Source: Podarcis muralis (lineage: Eukaryota). From it: 64,000 nucleotides of DNA. Below the pieces are notes generated by a model. It worked only from the letters and a program-made list of their open reading frames with translations. It had not been told where the DNA came from and did not search any database. This document shows, one piece after another, positions 1 through 11,554 of this stretch (positions within the stretch are counted from its first letter, which is position 1; each line of letters begins with the position of its first letter). The stretch covers positions 29,698,001 through 29,762,000 of the forward strand of contig NC_135661.1 in the NCBI RefSeq assembly GCF_964188315.1, written 5' to 3'. The translations under genes and the position numbers were made by a program.

Positions 1-1339
1 GGCGGCTGGGGCAGGTGTTCCCTGGACCTCTTTTGAAGCAAGCGGCTGCGGAGAGAAGCGATCTCCCCGCAGCCGCTTGCTTCAAAAGGGGTCTGGGACC
101 TCTTTTGAAGGAAGCGGCTGCGGAGAGAAGCGATCTCCCCGCAGCCGCTTGCTTCAAAAGGGGTCCGGGACCTCTTTTGAAGCAAGCGGCTGCGGAGAAA
201 AGCGATCTCCCCGCAGCCGCTTGCTTCAAAAGGGGTCCGGGACCTCTTTTGAAGGAAGCGGCTGCGGAGAAAAGCGATCTCCCCGCAGCCGCTTGCTTCA
301 AAAGGGGTCCGGGACCTCTTTTGAAGGAAGCGGCTGCGGAGAAAAGCGATCTCCCCGCAGCCGCTTGCTTCAAAAGAGGTCCGGGACCTCTTTTGAAGCA
401 AGCGGCTGCGTAGAGAAGCGATCTCCCCGCAGCCGCTTGCTTCAAAAGGGGTCCGGGACCTCTTTTGAAGCAAGCGGCTGCGGAGAAAAGCGATCTCCCC
501 GCAGCCGCTTGCTTCAAAAGGGGTCCGGGACCTCTTTTGAAGCAAGAGGCTGCGGAGAAAAGCGATCTCCCCGCAGCCGCTTGCTTCAAAAGGGGTCCGG
601 GACCTCTTTTGAAGCAAGCGGCTGCGGAGAAAAGCGATCTCCCCGCAGCCGCTTGCTTCAAAAGGGGTCCCGGACCTCTTTTGAAGCAAGCGGCTGCGGA
701 GAAAAGCGATCTCCCCGCAGCCGCTTGCTTCAAAAGGGGTCCGGGACCTCTTTTGAAGCAAGCGGCTGCGGAGAAAAGCGATCTCCCCGCAGCCGCTTGC
801 TTCAAAAGGGGTCCGGGACCTCTTTTGAAGCAAGCGGCTGCGGAGAAAAGCGATCTCCCCGCAGCCGCTTGCTTCAAAAGGGGTCCGGGACCTCTTTTGA
901 AGCAAGCGGCTGCGGAGAAAAGCGATCTCCCCGCAGCCGCTTGCTTCAAAAGGGGTCCGGGACCTCTTTTGAAGCAAGCGGCTGCGGAGAAAAGCGATCT
1001 CCCCGCAGCCGCTTGCTTCAAAAGAGGTCCGGGACCTCTTTTGAAGCAAGCGGCTGCGTAGAGAAGCGCAGCCGCTTGCTTCAAAAGAGGTCCGGGGGCA
1101 GCGGGAAGCGCTTCCCGCTGCCCCCGGACCTCTTTTGAAGCAAGGGGCGGTGGGGAGAAGCGATCTCCCCGCCGCCCCTTGCTTCAAAAGAGAAGACCCG
1201 CTGTCCCCGGGGCAAGCTTCGTTTTGCGAAGCAAGCCCATAGGGAAATTCGTCTTGCGAGGCAACTCGAAAACGAAAAAACCTTTCGTTTTGCGAGTTTT
1301 TCGTCTCGCGAGGCGTTCGTCTTGCGGGGTACCACTGTA
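1..1339. mobile_element. Right part of a non-autonomous Tc1/mariner (pogo/Tigger-like) MITE carrying an internal 72-bp palindromic minisatellite; left end lies outside the window
   Basis: Ends in ...GGGGTACCACTG (1337) followed by TA (1338-1339). This is the same terminus type (CAGTGGTACC TIR, TA target duplication) as the complete MITE at 20081-20303. The array precedes a subterminal TTCGTC/TTGCGAG-rich segment. Confidence 0.75.
15..1190. repeat. 72-bp GC-rich tandem repeat, about 15 units plus degenerate end units, each unit palindromic
   Basis: GATCTCCCC recurs at 60, 132, 204 ... 996 with an exact period of 72. Unit core is GCAGCCGCTTGCTTCAAAAGGGGTCC-G-GGACCTCTTTTGAAGCAAGCGGCTGC. Confidence 0.97.
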
Positions 1340-1777
1340 CACTAAAGACACCACAGTCTCCACTGACCTTCATTCCAAGAAAACCAAAACTGCGACCCCT
1401 GGAGTCTCTCACCTCACGGAGATTTTAGGGCTGCACGCATTCTTCTTTTCCATTTCAACTGGGGTGCAGGCTTCTTCATCCTGGTACAGCACGCTCCCAC
1501 AACACACAATTGCTGCCTTTTATACTCCCGTAATTAGAAGATAATGGAAACTATTTTAAAGCCTACTGCATCAAGACGTCTCTTGAGGGCCATGCTAGAT
1601 GTAACGTCATGACATCATTGATTGAATCTCCCGTGTTTAAAAATAAGATAAGAAACCGAAAGCAGTTGGTGGGAGGTCAACTCAAGATGACGGTGCTGCG
1701 GGAACAGGAGTGAAATCTCTCCCCCCCCCCCTCTTAACCCACTCCCACCCACTGTGGAGCTGTTATTTGGCCTACAG

Positions 1778-2206
1778 CAGAGGTTTTCAACCTTTTTGAG
1801 TCCCTGGGTCCCTTGACCAACTACATTCTTTCTGCAGCACCGCTGTGGGGCTCAGGAGCCCAGTTATGTCTCCCCTTGCCTGCAGAGCTGGCAGCCTCTC
1901 ACCCTTTTTTGAACACCCTCACTTGTGGAATATTCCCTCAGCTTCCTCTCCCTTCTCCTTGGGAGTCCTCCAGGCAGCTGCTGCTGCCATCCCTGGTCTC
2001 TCCCCCCTCGCCCCAAAGAGAGGTGCCTCTCAGAGGCACCATTCACCTGCGGAGCTTATAGCCAGGGCTGCTGCAATAAACAGCTTTGCAAGCCTTTGGG
2101 AAGCAGAGATGCGAGTCACCATGGGGGGGGGGATAGGGACAGAGGCCAGTGTCGCCCATGGCACCCTGACCACCATTCAAGGCACCCCACTGGTTGAAAA
2201 CCTCTG
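1778..2206. mobile_element. Non-autonomous hAT DNA transposon
   Basis: 15-bp TIR CAGAGGTTTTCAACC / GGTTGAAAACCTCTG. Perfect 8-bp target duplication GCCTACAG at 1770-1777 and 2207-2214. A related copy lies at 13421-13976. Confidence 0.9.
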
Positions 2207-2364
2207 GCCTACAGGGATGTACTCAGGAGCAGGAGAAGTTGCCTTATAATGAGTCAACTGTTGGTCCATCTAGTTCACTATTGGATGAACTTGCAGCCAT
2301 GGCTCTCCAGGATGACAGACTGGGTACGTTCCCAGATCAAATGTACGAATCCCCTATGAAAGGT

Positions 2365-2860
2365 TGCAGTGTTTGGGAATTCTTAGAGGAGATTAAGAGG
2401 TGATGTGATAGAAGCTTATATAGCTATGCATGGTATGAGAAAGAGGATAGAGAAAGTTTCTGTCCCTCTCTCATACAACCAGAATTTGGGGCCATCCAAC
2501 TGAAGCTGGATGTTGGACAATTCAGGGCAAATAGGAGAAAGTATTCATTCACGCAAGCACAAAGGTAAACCATGGAACTCGCTCCCACAGGAGGCAGTGA
2601 TGGCTCCCCAACTTAGATGGCTTTAGAAGAGCATTGGACAAATCCATTAAGGAGAAGACTATCTATCCATGGCTACTAGCCATGATGGCCATGCTCAGCC
2701 TCCACTGTTGGAGGCAGCAATGCTTCTCTGTGCTAGAAACCACAGGAGAAAAGAGTGCCCTTGCTGGTTTCTCTCTGGGGCATCTGACTGGCCACTGTGA
2801 GAAAAGGATGCTGGATAACATGAGCCCTCTTTTGGCCCGACCGAGCAAGCTCTTCTTAGG
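2365..2860 (+). mobile_element. CR1 LINE 3' fragment (degenerate)
   Basis: Remnant of the RLRGD-x-IE-x-Y / WNSLP-like ORF2 C-terminus followed by a CR1-type 3' UTR. Similar to 57085-57450. Boundaries approximate. Confidence 0.7.
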
Positions 2861-4258
2861 TTGTCAGCCCTTTTCAGAGCAGACCTATTGAAATTAACAG
2901 ACATGGCTAATGTAGGTCCATTCATTCCAATGGGTCCACTCTGAGTAAAGCTTTGCAGGCTACAGCCCATTATTATTTAAAATGTTTTTTAAATAAAACC
3001 AGAAGGGAGAGCTGATCACAGACATCTGGGTGTCACACCTTCATCAGTCCTAATTCTGGGACCTTTGGGATCTGACAAGCACCTTGTGCAATCCATCCTG
3101 CAAGCCACTCATGACTACAATATATCCACAAGCTGACCTAGTTTGGCCAAAACTAGACACAGGCTTTTCCTGAATTGAGAGGGGTCCTGCATAGACAGAA
3201 GCAGGTACGGAAATTTGACTCTCTGCCGTTTTTTATCAATTGGAACTACATCATTCCCTGGCGAAGGTTGCCACCAAGTGGCTGAGAGTTTGGAAAACAC
3301 TGGGGGTTTTTTCAGGTTAGAGATGCACAAACACATTTCTTAAATTACTGTAGTCAAATTGCTGTTTCTGAAACTTCAGAGAGCCAAACTGGAGGCACAT
3401 TTTCTTGTTCCATTTGAAGAAGTTTTGCTCAGAGTAGAAGGTGGGAAACATCCAGCCCAGAGTTTTCTCAACCCCTTCTCCACAGCCCTGCTCCATGGCC
3501 TGTTAAGTATAATTGGTTTAACTCACACTGAAATGAGAATGGCTAAAAGAGTTTTGCTAACATGGTGTGTGTTTTCCCCCCACAGCAGTTTCCTGCGTGT
3601 TACAAATTCACCATGTTTGAAGGGTTGTGGCTGGTTCTTTGGTTTCTCTGAAACTCTGTGAAGGTGTAAATGAAGCTCTCCAGGAAAACAGCTCCAGGCA
3701 AAATGGATGCTGAAAGAGAGAGACCTTTTCTTATAGGTCTGTTCGGATTATTTCATATTTAACAACAACAATTTTATTATTTGTACACCGCCCATCTGGC
3801 TGGGTTGCCCCAGCCATTTTTGGCGGCTTCCAGCATATATAAAAACATAAAAAATATTACCCATTCTATGATGCTGTGCCTGTGCTAGACAGCACAAGAG
3901 ACTGTATGGATATTTTGGGTGTATCTTTGATGCTTGTGGTTTTTCAAGAAAGTTCTGTGTGTCAAAGTTAAATATTTTTATGGGTCTGGACAATGTTTAT
4001 TTCCAAGAGGGGTGAGTTTTTATGCATCCAGTCTCTTCAACCTGCACAATATTGATATCTCCAAACTGGCCTATTTGAATGTTTTTGCCTAACTAGAATG
4101 TCTGTCTTTCCTTGAACTCTGTCTGCCAGTCAGAGTAAACAAAATTGGGTTTGCTGAGCCAATGGCCTAACTCAGTTTTCTGGGGTTTTTTAAAAGCAGC
4201 TTTATGTGTTCATTTGTTTTTCCTTTCTTGTTAGGCTTGGTATTAACTGTGGAGAGTA

Positions 4259-4610
4259 AAGGTAAAGGTAAAGGGACCCCTGACCATTAGGTCCATTCGT
4301 GACCAACTCTGGGGTTGCAGCGCTCATCTCGCTTTATTGGCCGAGGGAGCCGGCGTACAGCTTCTGGGTCATGTGGCCAGCATGACTAAGCCGCTTCTGG
4401 CGAACCAGAGCAATGCATGGAAACACCGTTTACCTTCCTGCCGGAGTGGTACCTATTTATCTTCTTGCACTTTGACGTGCTTTCAAACTGCTAGGTTAGC
4501 AGGAGCAGGGACTGAGAAATGGGAGCTCACCCCGTAGCGGGGATTTGAACCGCAGACCTTCTGATCAGCAAGTCCTAGGCTCTGTGGTTTAACCCACAGC
4601 GCCAACCACG
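4259..4610 (-). mobile_element. Sauria SINE
   Basis: On the minus strand: tRNA-like head with A box (TGGCGCTGTGG) and B-box-like GGTTCAAATCC, and an (ACCTTT)n tail. Degenerate target duplication GTGGAG(A/G)GTA at 4249-4258 and 4611-4620. Confidence 0.9.
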
Positions 4611-5212
4611 GTGGAGGGTAGCAAGCTGCAAATGAGGCCAGCAAAGGCTATTGTGTGTTTAGCTTTTAATTTCCGCAGATGCAGCTACCTCCCTACAGTA
4701 CTGTGACATGAGAAAGTTCACCTGCCAATATTCCCTCTTCAGAGCTGAAGACACAGGAGCCTTTTCTCCTTTCTATATGCTCTCCTTAGTTACACAAGAT
4801 ATTTAACCTATGTAACCAGGGAGCAGTTGTTCATGCAGAACAATTGGATCATTTTAATTCCAGAATATGGTCCCCTACAAAAAAAGAGGGAGAGGCAGTA
4901 TGCCAAGTGGGTGGACAGCAAATAGCAGAATAGCAACAAATATCCATGGCTGAGAAAACATGGAAACGGAAGTGCAAAACAAGTACAGGGAAGAACCAGG
5001 CATTTGTGACTTCTTATACTGAGTCAGATCATTGCCCTGTCTAGCTCAGTATTGCCTACACTGGCTGGCAGCAGTTCTCCAGGGTTTCAGTAAGGGTTCT
5101 CTCCCAGCCCTAACTGAAGATGCCTTTGGGGATAACCTTCTGCATGCCAAGCAGGTGCTCTGCGATTATTTTTTGTTCTGGAAGGAGAGGGCACCTGCTG
5201 CTTCATCCTACC

Positions 5213-5935
5213 TGTTATCAGAAAAAACTGCTCCTTTTCCCTTATTGGGTATCCAAGAGCCCGTATAGAGTCATTAAGTAGGTTCCCTATCGGAAGGAGA
5301 AAATAACAGAGGCCAGCCAGAGAATACTGAGAAGCAAAGCAGCTAGTAAGCTTGATCTTTATTAACTGTTGCAACAGGGTGCTCACTCCCACATGCAGGA
5401 GGCAGGAGGGACCCAGAACAATGGCGTGCAAGCCCTTATATAGACTTTTGAAGTTGCCCACCCTGTAGCCAGAGACCACCCCCAAAAAAATCATGCATAC
5501 ATCACAGAAACAGGCGGTCTACAACAAAAATCCTGTCTGCCAGAATACCTGATAATAGTCACTGAATACCGGATAATAGTCAGGCATTACCTGGACAGCC
5601 CATTCTTTTGTGATGGTAAATACTTTAGTTCCTGAATCCAGGTCACAGGCTCACCCTATTCATACAGACATATGCCCTTAAGACAGGTAAGCAAAAGACA
5701 ATGGAGAGGCTTTCCCATTTCCATCCTCCTTGCAGAGAAATATTTGAGGTTACTGTGAGAGTCAAAATGGTTTGGGAGAGTCAAAATGACTCCAGGATTG
5801 TTCTCCTGTACTATTTCAGACACGTGGCTTATATACTTATGTATGTGTTTGCCTCGTACATTTATGAACGCTTGTTTTATATGTGGGACCTTAGAATTCT
5901 TATAGCACACCTAGCCTAAAACCTAGGATTTCTCA
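5213..5935 (-). mobile_element. Probable solo LTR (ERV-like), antisense to C1orf174
   Basis: TG...CA termini (TGAGAAATCC...GATAACA on minus). Minus-strand TATA box CTATATAAG (5435-5443) lies about 75 nt upstream of AATAAA (5358-5363). Candidate 5-bp target duplication CTACC/CTAGC has one mismatch, so the right boundary is tentative. Confidence 0.6.
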
Positions 5936-6219
5936 CTAGCGGGCTAGAAAGGGGTCTTTGTGAAACGTGAGATTCAGATCGTGTCTCTCTATACTTTTTG
6001 TGGCTCTGTGTTTCCTGTATCGTCACCAGACATCACGGTTGCCCTCGAAAAAGATGTCCGTTCTTTCCTCAGTGTGACCTCCTGAAGTCCTGGTTTCGTC
6101 GTTAATAGTAGTAAAAGAAAGACGGACGGCGAGGGTAAGGCGGCATCTCTATAAGTTCTGAGTGGGGTGAAACACAGAAGAGACTGGAGACGCTTGATTT
6201 TTGTCTCTGAGCAACGCTG

Positions 6220-6450
6220 CCTTAAACAAAGATGGCGATGATCTCGCTTTCCTGGGGGCGGAGTGACGTAGCGCACAGAATAAAATGGCGGCCGTGACTT
6301 CTGAAGGAGCCCGAATATTGATCTTGGTTGGCGGTTTTCCCTGCGGGGAGGCTGCGGAAGTAGCTCTGCGTGCCGCCGGAAGTTGGTGATGGTGCCTGGC
6401 GGACCTGACCTGGTTGCGGACAGACCTTCTTCTCCATGCGGGCCGGGAGT
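6220..6450 (+). promoter_or_regulatory. CpG-rich promoter and first exon of C1orf174
   Basis: GC box GGGGCGGAG, CRE-like TGACGT, YY1-type AAGATGGCG and AAAATGGCGGC, and ETS CCGGAAGT, all just upstream of ATG 6436 and the donor GTGAGT at 6451. Confidence 0.75.
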
Positions 6451-9400
6451 GTGAGTCGAAGGTGGAGGTTCTGCTCCACCCTGATTTGCATATGCTAATA
6501 TATATTGATATATTTAAATAGTTGCAGGTTGGCGGTGGCCGTTAGGGATGCTTCACCATAGAGGGCTGCCCGTTGTGCGTATGCTAATTTATGCAAATAA
6601 TTGTCACGTGTTTGTGTGAATTGGTCGCCGGGGTTAGTAATAAACAGGTTTTGTTTCATGTGTTCTTATTGCATCGTTTCCCTAAATATCTCAAGGTGAT
6701 CACATGGGTGACCCCTCTCCCAATGAAGGGTTCTCACAACACCCCTGTGAGGTAGGCTTGACCAAGAGAAAATGGCTCAAGATCAGCCAGAGTGTCAGTG
6801 GCTGAAGGGGAATTTGAACCCAGGCCTTATGGCGTCCAAGTCCAATTATTGTGTTGCTGTCTCTTTAAGTCCACTACTCCATTCTAATAAGATTTCATGA
6901 TTTTCATATGGGCTTAACTTGGATAGATAGATCTGTTATATTTGCTTTGCAGAATCTTAGATTTCTTTGTAAGAGCTTGGTGTAGAGATGATGGTTAGTA
7001 AGAAAAAAATTATTTTGTCATTGATATCCCATCATTCCTTCCAAATTGCTCTGAGGGGCATATGGAATTCTCTCTCCTTTCATCCTCTCAACAACCCTAC
7101 AAGGCTGAGAGGGACTGGCCCAGAATTACCCGGTGAGCATCATTGCTGAGCTGGGTGGGATTTGAGCCTGAGAGTCGAGTAATAGTTTCCTATCTCTGTT
7201 CTGGGCTAACTGAAACTCATTTTTCTGTTTATCATCAATTTGATGTGGAGGTTTGAGTCTCTGGCTTTTTTTTTTTTTCTAAACAGGGTCCTTCACGCAA
7301 AGCAACTGACAAACGTCCTTCAAAGAAGCTAAAATGTGAAAAGAAAAGCCTGGCCAAACAGGAGATACAAGGAGTCGATTTCTGTGCGGGCACGAGCCAC
7401 CTTCTCTTCCCAAAAGAGACAGCCGATAAAGCCGCCTCAGGCGTGAAGTTTCCACACCTCAAGATGATGCTGCAAAGCGAAGGGAAGGAGGTTCCTCAGA
7501 CGGCTGAAGAGATGCTGGAGGCTGAAGATGATGGCCTCTGTGTGAAGCCATCAGCGCCAGGTACAGATGGCAAAGCCCTCTTCCAGCCCCGTGTCCAGAA
7601 TGTGGAGGAAGAGAATGAGGAAGAAGAGGAGGAAGAGGAAAGCTGTGGAACTCAGTTGTCGGATGACTCTGAGATGGAGCCAGAGGTGCTGAGTCAAGGC
7701 TTCAAGTTGGACAACAGCATTTTCTTGAATGAGGACAGCAACCAGCCACTGCCGGTAGACCGATTCTTTGGCAGTGTGGCGTTTATGCAGGTAGGGGAAG
7801 GGGGTCAGCAGAAGGAAGCTTGGGGTTATGGCTGCAACCCAAATCCCACTCATTTAGGAGTAAGCCCTCGTATTCTTATTTATTATTATTTTATTAAACG
7901 TATGTCCTGCCCATAAGAAACCAGAGAAAGAAAAAGTTTTTAAAAATAAAAACATTTAAAAACAGTCACATAGTCATCACAGCTAATAATTTCAAGGGTG
8001 CCCAAAAGATATGTCTTTATAGGACTTCTGGGACAACTAATAAATTTGGACGAGGGAGCTTTTTGGCTCCTTATTATGATCTAGCTTCATGAGCTAAATT
8101 TTAAGTTGCCCCCCATCATTCACTTGACTGCTCCCTTTTTTATGGAAATGGGTGCTTTATGTCTGCTTGACACTGAAGGGCTGAGGGAGACATAAAGTGG
8201 TGTTCAATGCTAGTCCTACTTGAAGTAGTTCCATTGAATGGTTATCTTGTTGTTTAGTCATGTCCGACTCTTTGTGACCCCATGGACCAGAGCACACCAG
8301 GCACTCCTGTCTTCCACTGCCTCCCGCAGTTTGGTCAAATTCATGCTGGTAGCTTCAAGAACACTGTCCAAACATCTCATCCTCTGTCGTCCCCTTCTCC
8401 TCGTGCCCTCAACCTTTCCCAACATCAGGGTCTTTTCCAGGGAGTCTTCTCTTCTCATGAGGTGGCCAAAGTATTGGAGCCTTAGCTTCAGGATCTGTCC
8501 TTCCACTGAGCACTCAGGGCTGATTTCCTTCAGAATGGATAGATTGGATCTTCTTGCAGTCCATGGGACTCTCAAGAGTCTCCTCCAGCACCATAATTCA
8601 AAAGCATCAATTCTTCGGCGATCAGCCTTCTTTATGGTCCAGTTCTCACTTCCATACATCACTACTGGGAAAACCACAGCTTTAACTATACGGACCTTTG
8701 TCAGCAAGGTGATGTCTCTGCTTTTTAAGATGCTGTCTAGGTTTGTCACTGCTTTTCTCCCAAGAAGCAGGCGTCTTTTAATTTTGTGACTGCTGTCACC
8801 ATTTGCAGTGATCATGGAGCCCAAGAAAGTGAAATCTCTCACTGCTTCCATTTCTTCCCCTTCTATTTGCCAGGAGGTGATGGGACCAGTGGCCATGATC
8901 TTCGTTTTTTTGATGTTGAGCTTCAGACCATATCTTGCGCTCTCCTCTTTCACCCTCATTAAAAGGTTCTTTAATTCCTCCTCACTTTCTGCCATCAAGG
9001 TTGTGTCATATGCATATCTTAGGTTAATTAATTTCAGTGGATCTACTCATGACTATGACGTAGCTGAATACAACCAAGAATAGATAATTATTTTCTTGTG
9101 TTTCTATAAATGTTGTTGAAATATTAAGTTTTTGTTTTTATTTGCCTGGTCCTCATAAACCAGCAGAATGAAAGAGATGCCAAACAGTTTCCTTGCAGTT
9201 CAGCAGCTTGTAGCTCCATTTCTAACTTTTATTTTTCTTAGGAAATTAAAAAGTAAATTCAGTTTGTAATCATTGGCTGAATAAATTGCATTTTTGGTAT
9301 ATCAAACACGATAATTTAATGGCAAACCAATTTATACATTTTAATACATTTCATGTTCCTAAAGTAACAAAGTGACTTTGATCCATTAAGGGTCTAAAAA

Positions 9401-9819
9401 AATGAAGATATTTTTTCAATCCCCCCCCAAAAAAATTTCCCAGGGAGGGGGAGAATGGAGGGGGAACAGTTCTTTTCCACAGCTTCACAATTTCCAGAAG
9501 CTTTACATGTCTAATCAGTTGTCCCGGGTGTTCATGCGTTCTAGGAATAATTAACATGGTACCTTCCTGATGCTGTTGGGCTACAGTTCCCATGATCCCA
9601 TGCTGGCTGAGGCTGATGGGAGCTGGAGTCACACAGGGCCCCGAGTGGTCTGTCTGAAGCAACCTTGGCCCATGCATTAAGACTGCTCTTGGCTTGTTCC
9701 TTTCCTAGGACCTCCCAGCCCATCCTCTCTCCCGGGTGTCTGCCAGCAGGCGAGAGCTGAGAAAGGGACACTTCATAGCCAAGGACGATGACGACGATGA
9801 AAAGGAAGAAGTCGCTTGA
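6436..9819 (+). CDS. C1orf174: UPF0688 protein C1orf174 homolog, 209 aa; exons 6436-6450, 7287-7790, 9709-9819
   Basis: MRAGS|gtgagt matches the 15-nt first coding exon of the mammalian gene. GPSRKATDKRPSKKLKCEK...LDNSIFLNEDSNQPLPVDRFFGSVAFMQ|DLPAHP...SRRELRKGHFIAKDDDDD matches the recalled human C1orf174 motifs. All junctions are phase 0, GT-AG, and synteny with DFFB fits. Confidence 0.9.
8245..9025 (-). mobile_element. 5'-truncated BovB (RTE-clade) LINE in a C1orf174 intron
   Basis: ORF 8258-8998 (246 aa: MAESEEELKNLLMRVKEES...GLKLNIKKTKIM...FELWCWRRLLRVPWTARRSN...HGVTKSRT) is the typical BovB RT C-terminus. Just upstream, NLRYAYDTTLM replaces the canonical NLRYADDTTLM. Confidence 0.95.
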
Positions 9820-11554
9820 GCACCGAGCACTGACCCGGTCACCTTCAGTAGCTGCCATTTCTTTTTCCCTGACGCAAATGTGCATCTCACCACCGCTGTT
9901 GCATCTTCTAGAGAAGTGCATCTTCTTTTCTGAAAAAGTTAACCCTCCCAGTTCTGATGTTGGAGGCAAAGTCACAGACTGCGTGCGAGGCAAAGGCAGA
10001 AAGTCAGCAGAAAGTTTTGACAGCACTTGTTACGAACAACTCCTGACTCCCAGAAGGGGAGAAGAGCAAAGAGTTCCCAGAAGCAGCATGTGTGGGGGAA
10101 ACAAGTCAGTATCTTGATTCCTGTGAGAATGCAAGCTTGGAAGGTGGGAGTTGTGGGGTCACTTCGCAACTTCCTGCAGGCTCTTAGACCTCAGGGGTCG
10201 CTCCAGCAAGCTTGGGAGGAGGGTTTGCAGGATCTCTCGGGCACAGTGAGAGATGCTAGCTCCAGTATGAATGACTATCCCCTCCAGCCTCCTTTTCCAA
10301 AGAGGTAACGATCCACTTTGCCTACAGTATTTCTTGCACTGCTGATCACCCAGGTTGCGAGGCAGCGGCCTGGAACGGCAGAAGCTTAGTAGAGAACTAA
10401 TTAAAAACAATTTATAGAGCCCTTAAGTTGTGGTAGTTCATGTTGCAAAGCGGCTGATGCCAGAGAAGAGAAATCTCTCTGGATTTTGTTGCTCCTAATG
10501 AACGGAAGACTGTCGGGTAGTTCCCAAATGACAGTGTTATTTGTGTTGGCAGGATTTTATTTAATTTTTATTGCACATGAGGAAAACACAGCATGGAGGA
10601 GCAGTGCAGAAATTGAGGAGCCACAGGGCTAAGCTGGGCAGCGGGGGGGGGCGTTTACCAAATTTTCTACCTCAGGGAAGCTTCTACCCCATTTGATCTG
10701 CCATAGAAGCCTAGACTATTGCAGAGGATTTTGAGAAATAATAGAAGAGCCCTGGTGGATAATAGATGTGTCATCTAATCCAGCCTTCCAGATGTTGTGA
10801 GCTCTATAAATTCCCAGTAACCACCCAGCAAGGGATCAGGGATGATGGGAATTGTAGTCCAACAGTTAGAGGGCAACAGGCTGGGGAAGGCTGCTCTGTT
10901 CAAATGTCTTACAGCAGCAAGTTGGGTGCCTCCAAATGGGCATCTGGAAATGACGGCATTCTCACAGTTTAGCTCCTCTTAGTCGCCTTAGCTAATTACA
11001 GCTGATAATCCTCTCCTCCACTAATCTGTCTAGCTCTTTATAGTAAGTTAGGCTAACCTGCATCCCTCCAGATGTTCCTGGACTCAAAGCATACTTGACA
11101 ATTGGTTGTACAAACAAGCTAAATTGGGAGCTGGAGTCTCAACATTTGGAGGGCTTTAGGGTATCCTCCCCTGATTTAGAGTCAAATTGAAAGGAAACCA
11201 CCTCTGTTTCCTGCCCCCCCCTCCTTAAAAGTAATTGGGAGGTATTTTATTTACTGTGTTTATAGCCCAGATTCTTCTCCAAAGAGCTTGAGGTGGTGTA
11301 CATGGTTCTCCCCCTCCTTATTCAATCTCCACAACAGCCTTGTGAGGTAGGTTAGCCTGAGAGGCAGCGACTGGCCCAAGGTCAGCCAGAGGGGCCAAGT
11401 GGGGATTTTGACCCCCGTCGCTCTAAGCATTATCCCACACAGCTTAGAGAACCAGTTGTCTGTGTGACATCACACTGCTCATTGCATTAATCCCTGTTCT
11501 GCTTTCTATTTCCATGGCTAGCAACCAACATTTTGCATGTGATACACTTCTTGT

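Noticed and set aside
77-1138. 353-aa ORF (and 15-413, 465-1061) with a 24-residue repeat
   Set aside because: A by-product of a stop-free 72-bp unit (24 codons). No ATG start, and it lies inside a MITE.
15-1190. CRISPR-like array of palindromic repeats
   Set aside because: No unique spacers, eukaryotic context, and no cas genes. It is a minisatellite.
8238-8789. 183-aa plus-strand ORF
   Set aside because: The antisense frame of the BovB RT fragment.
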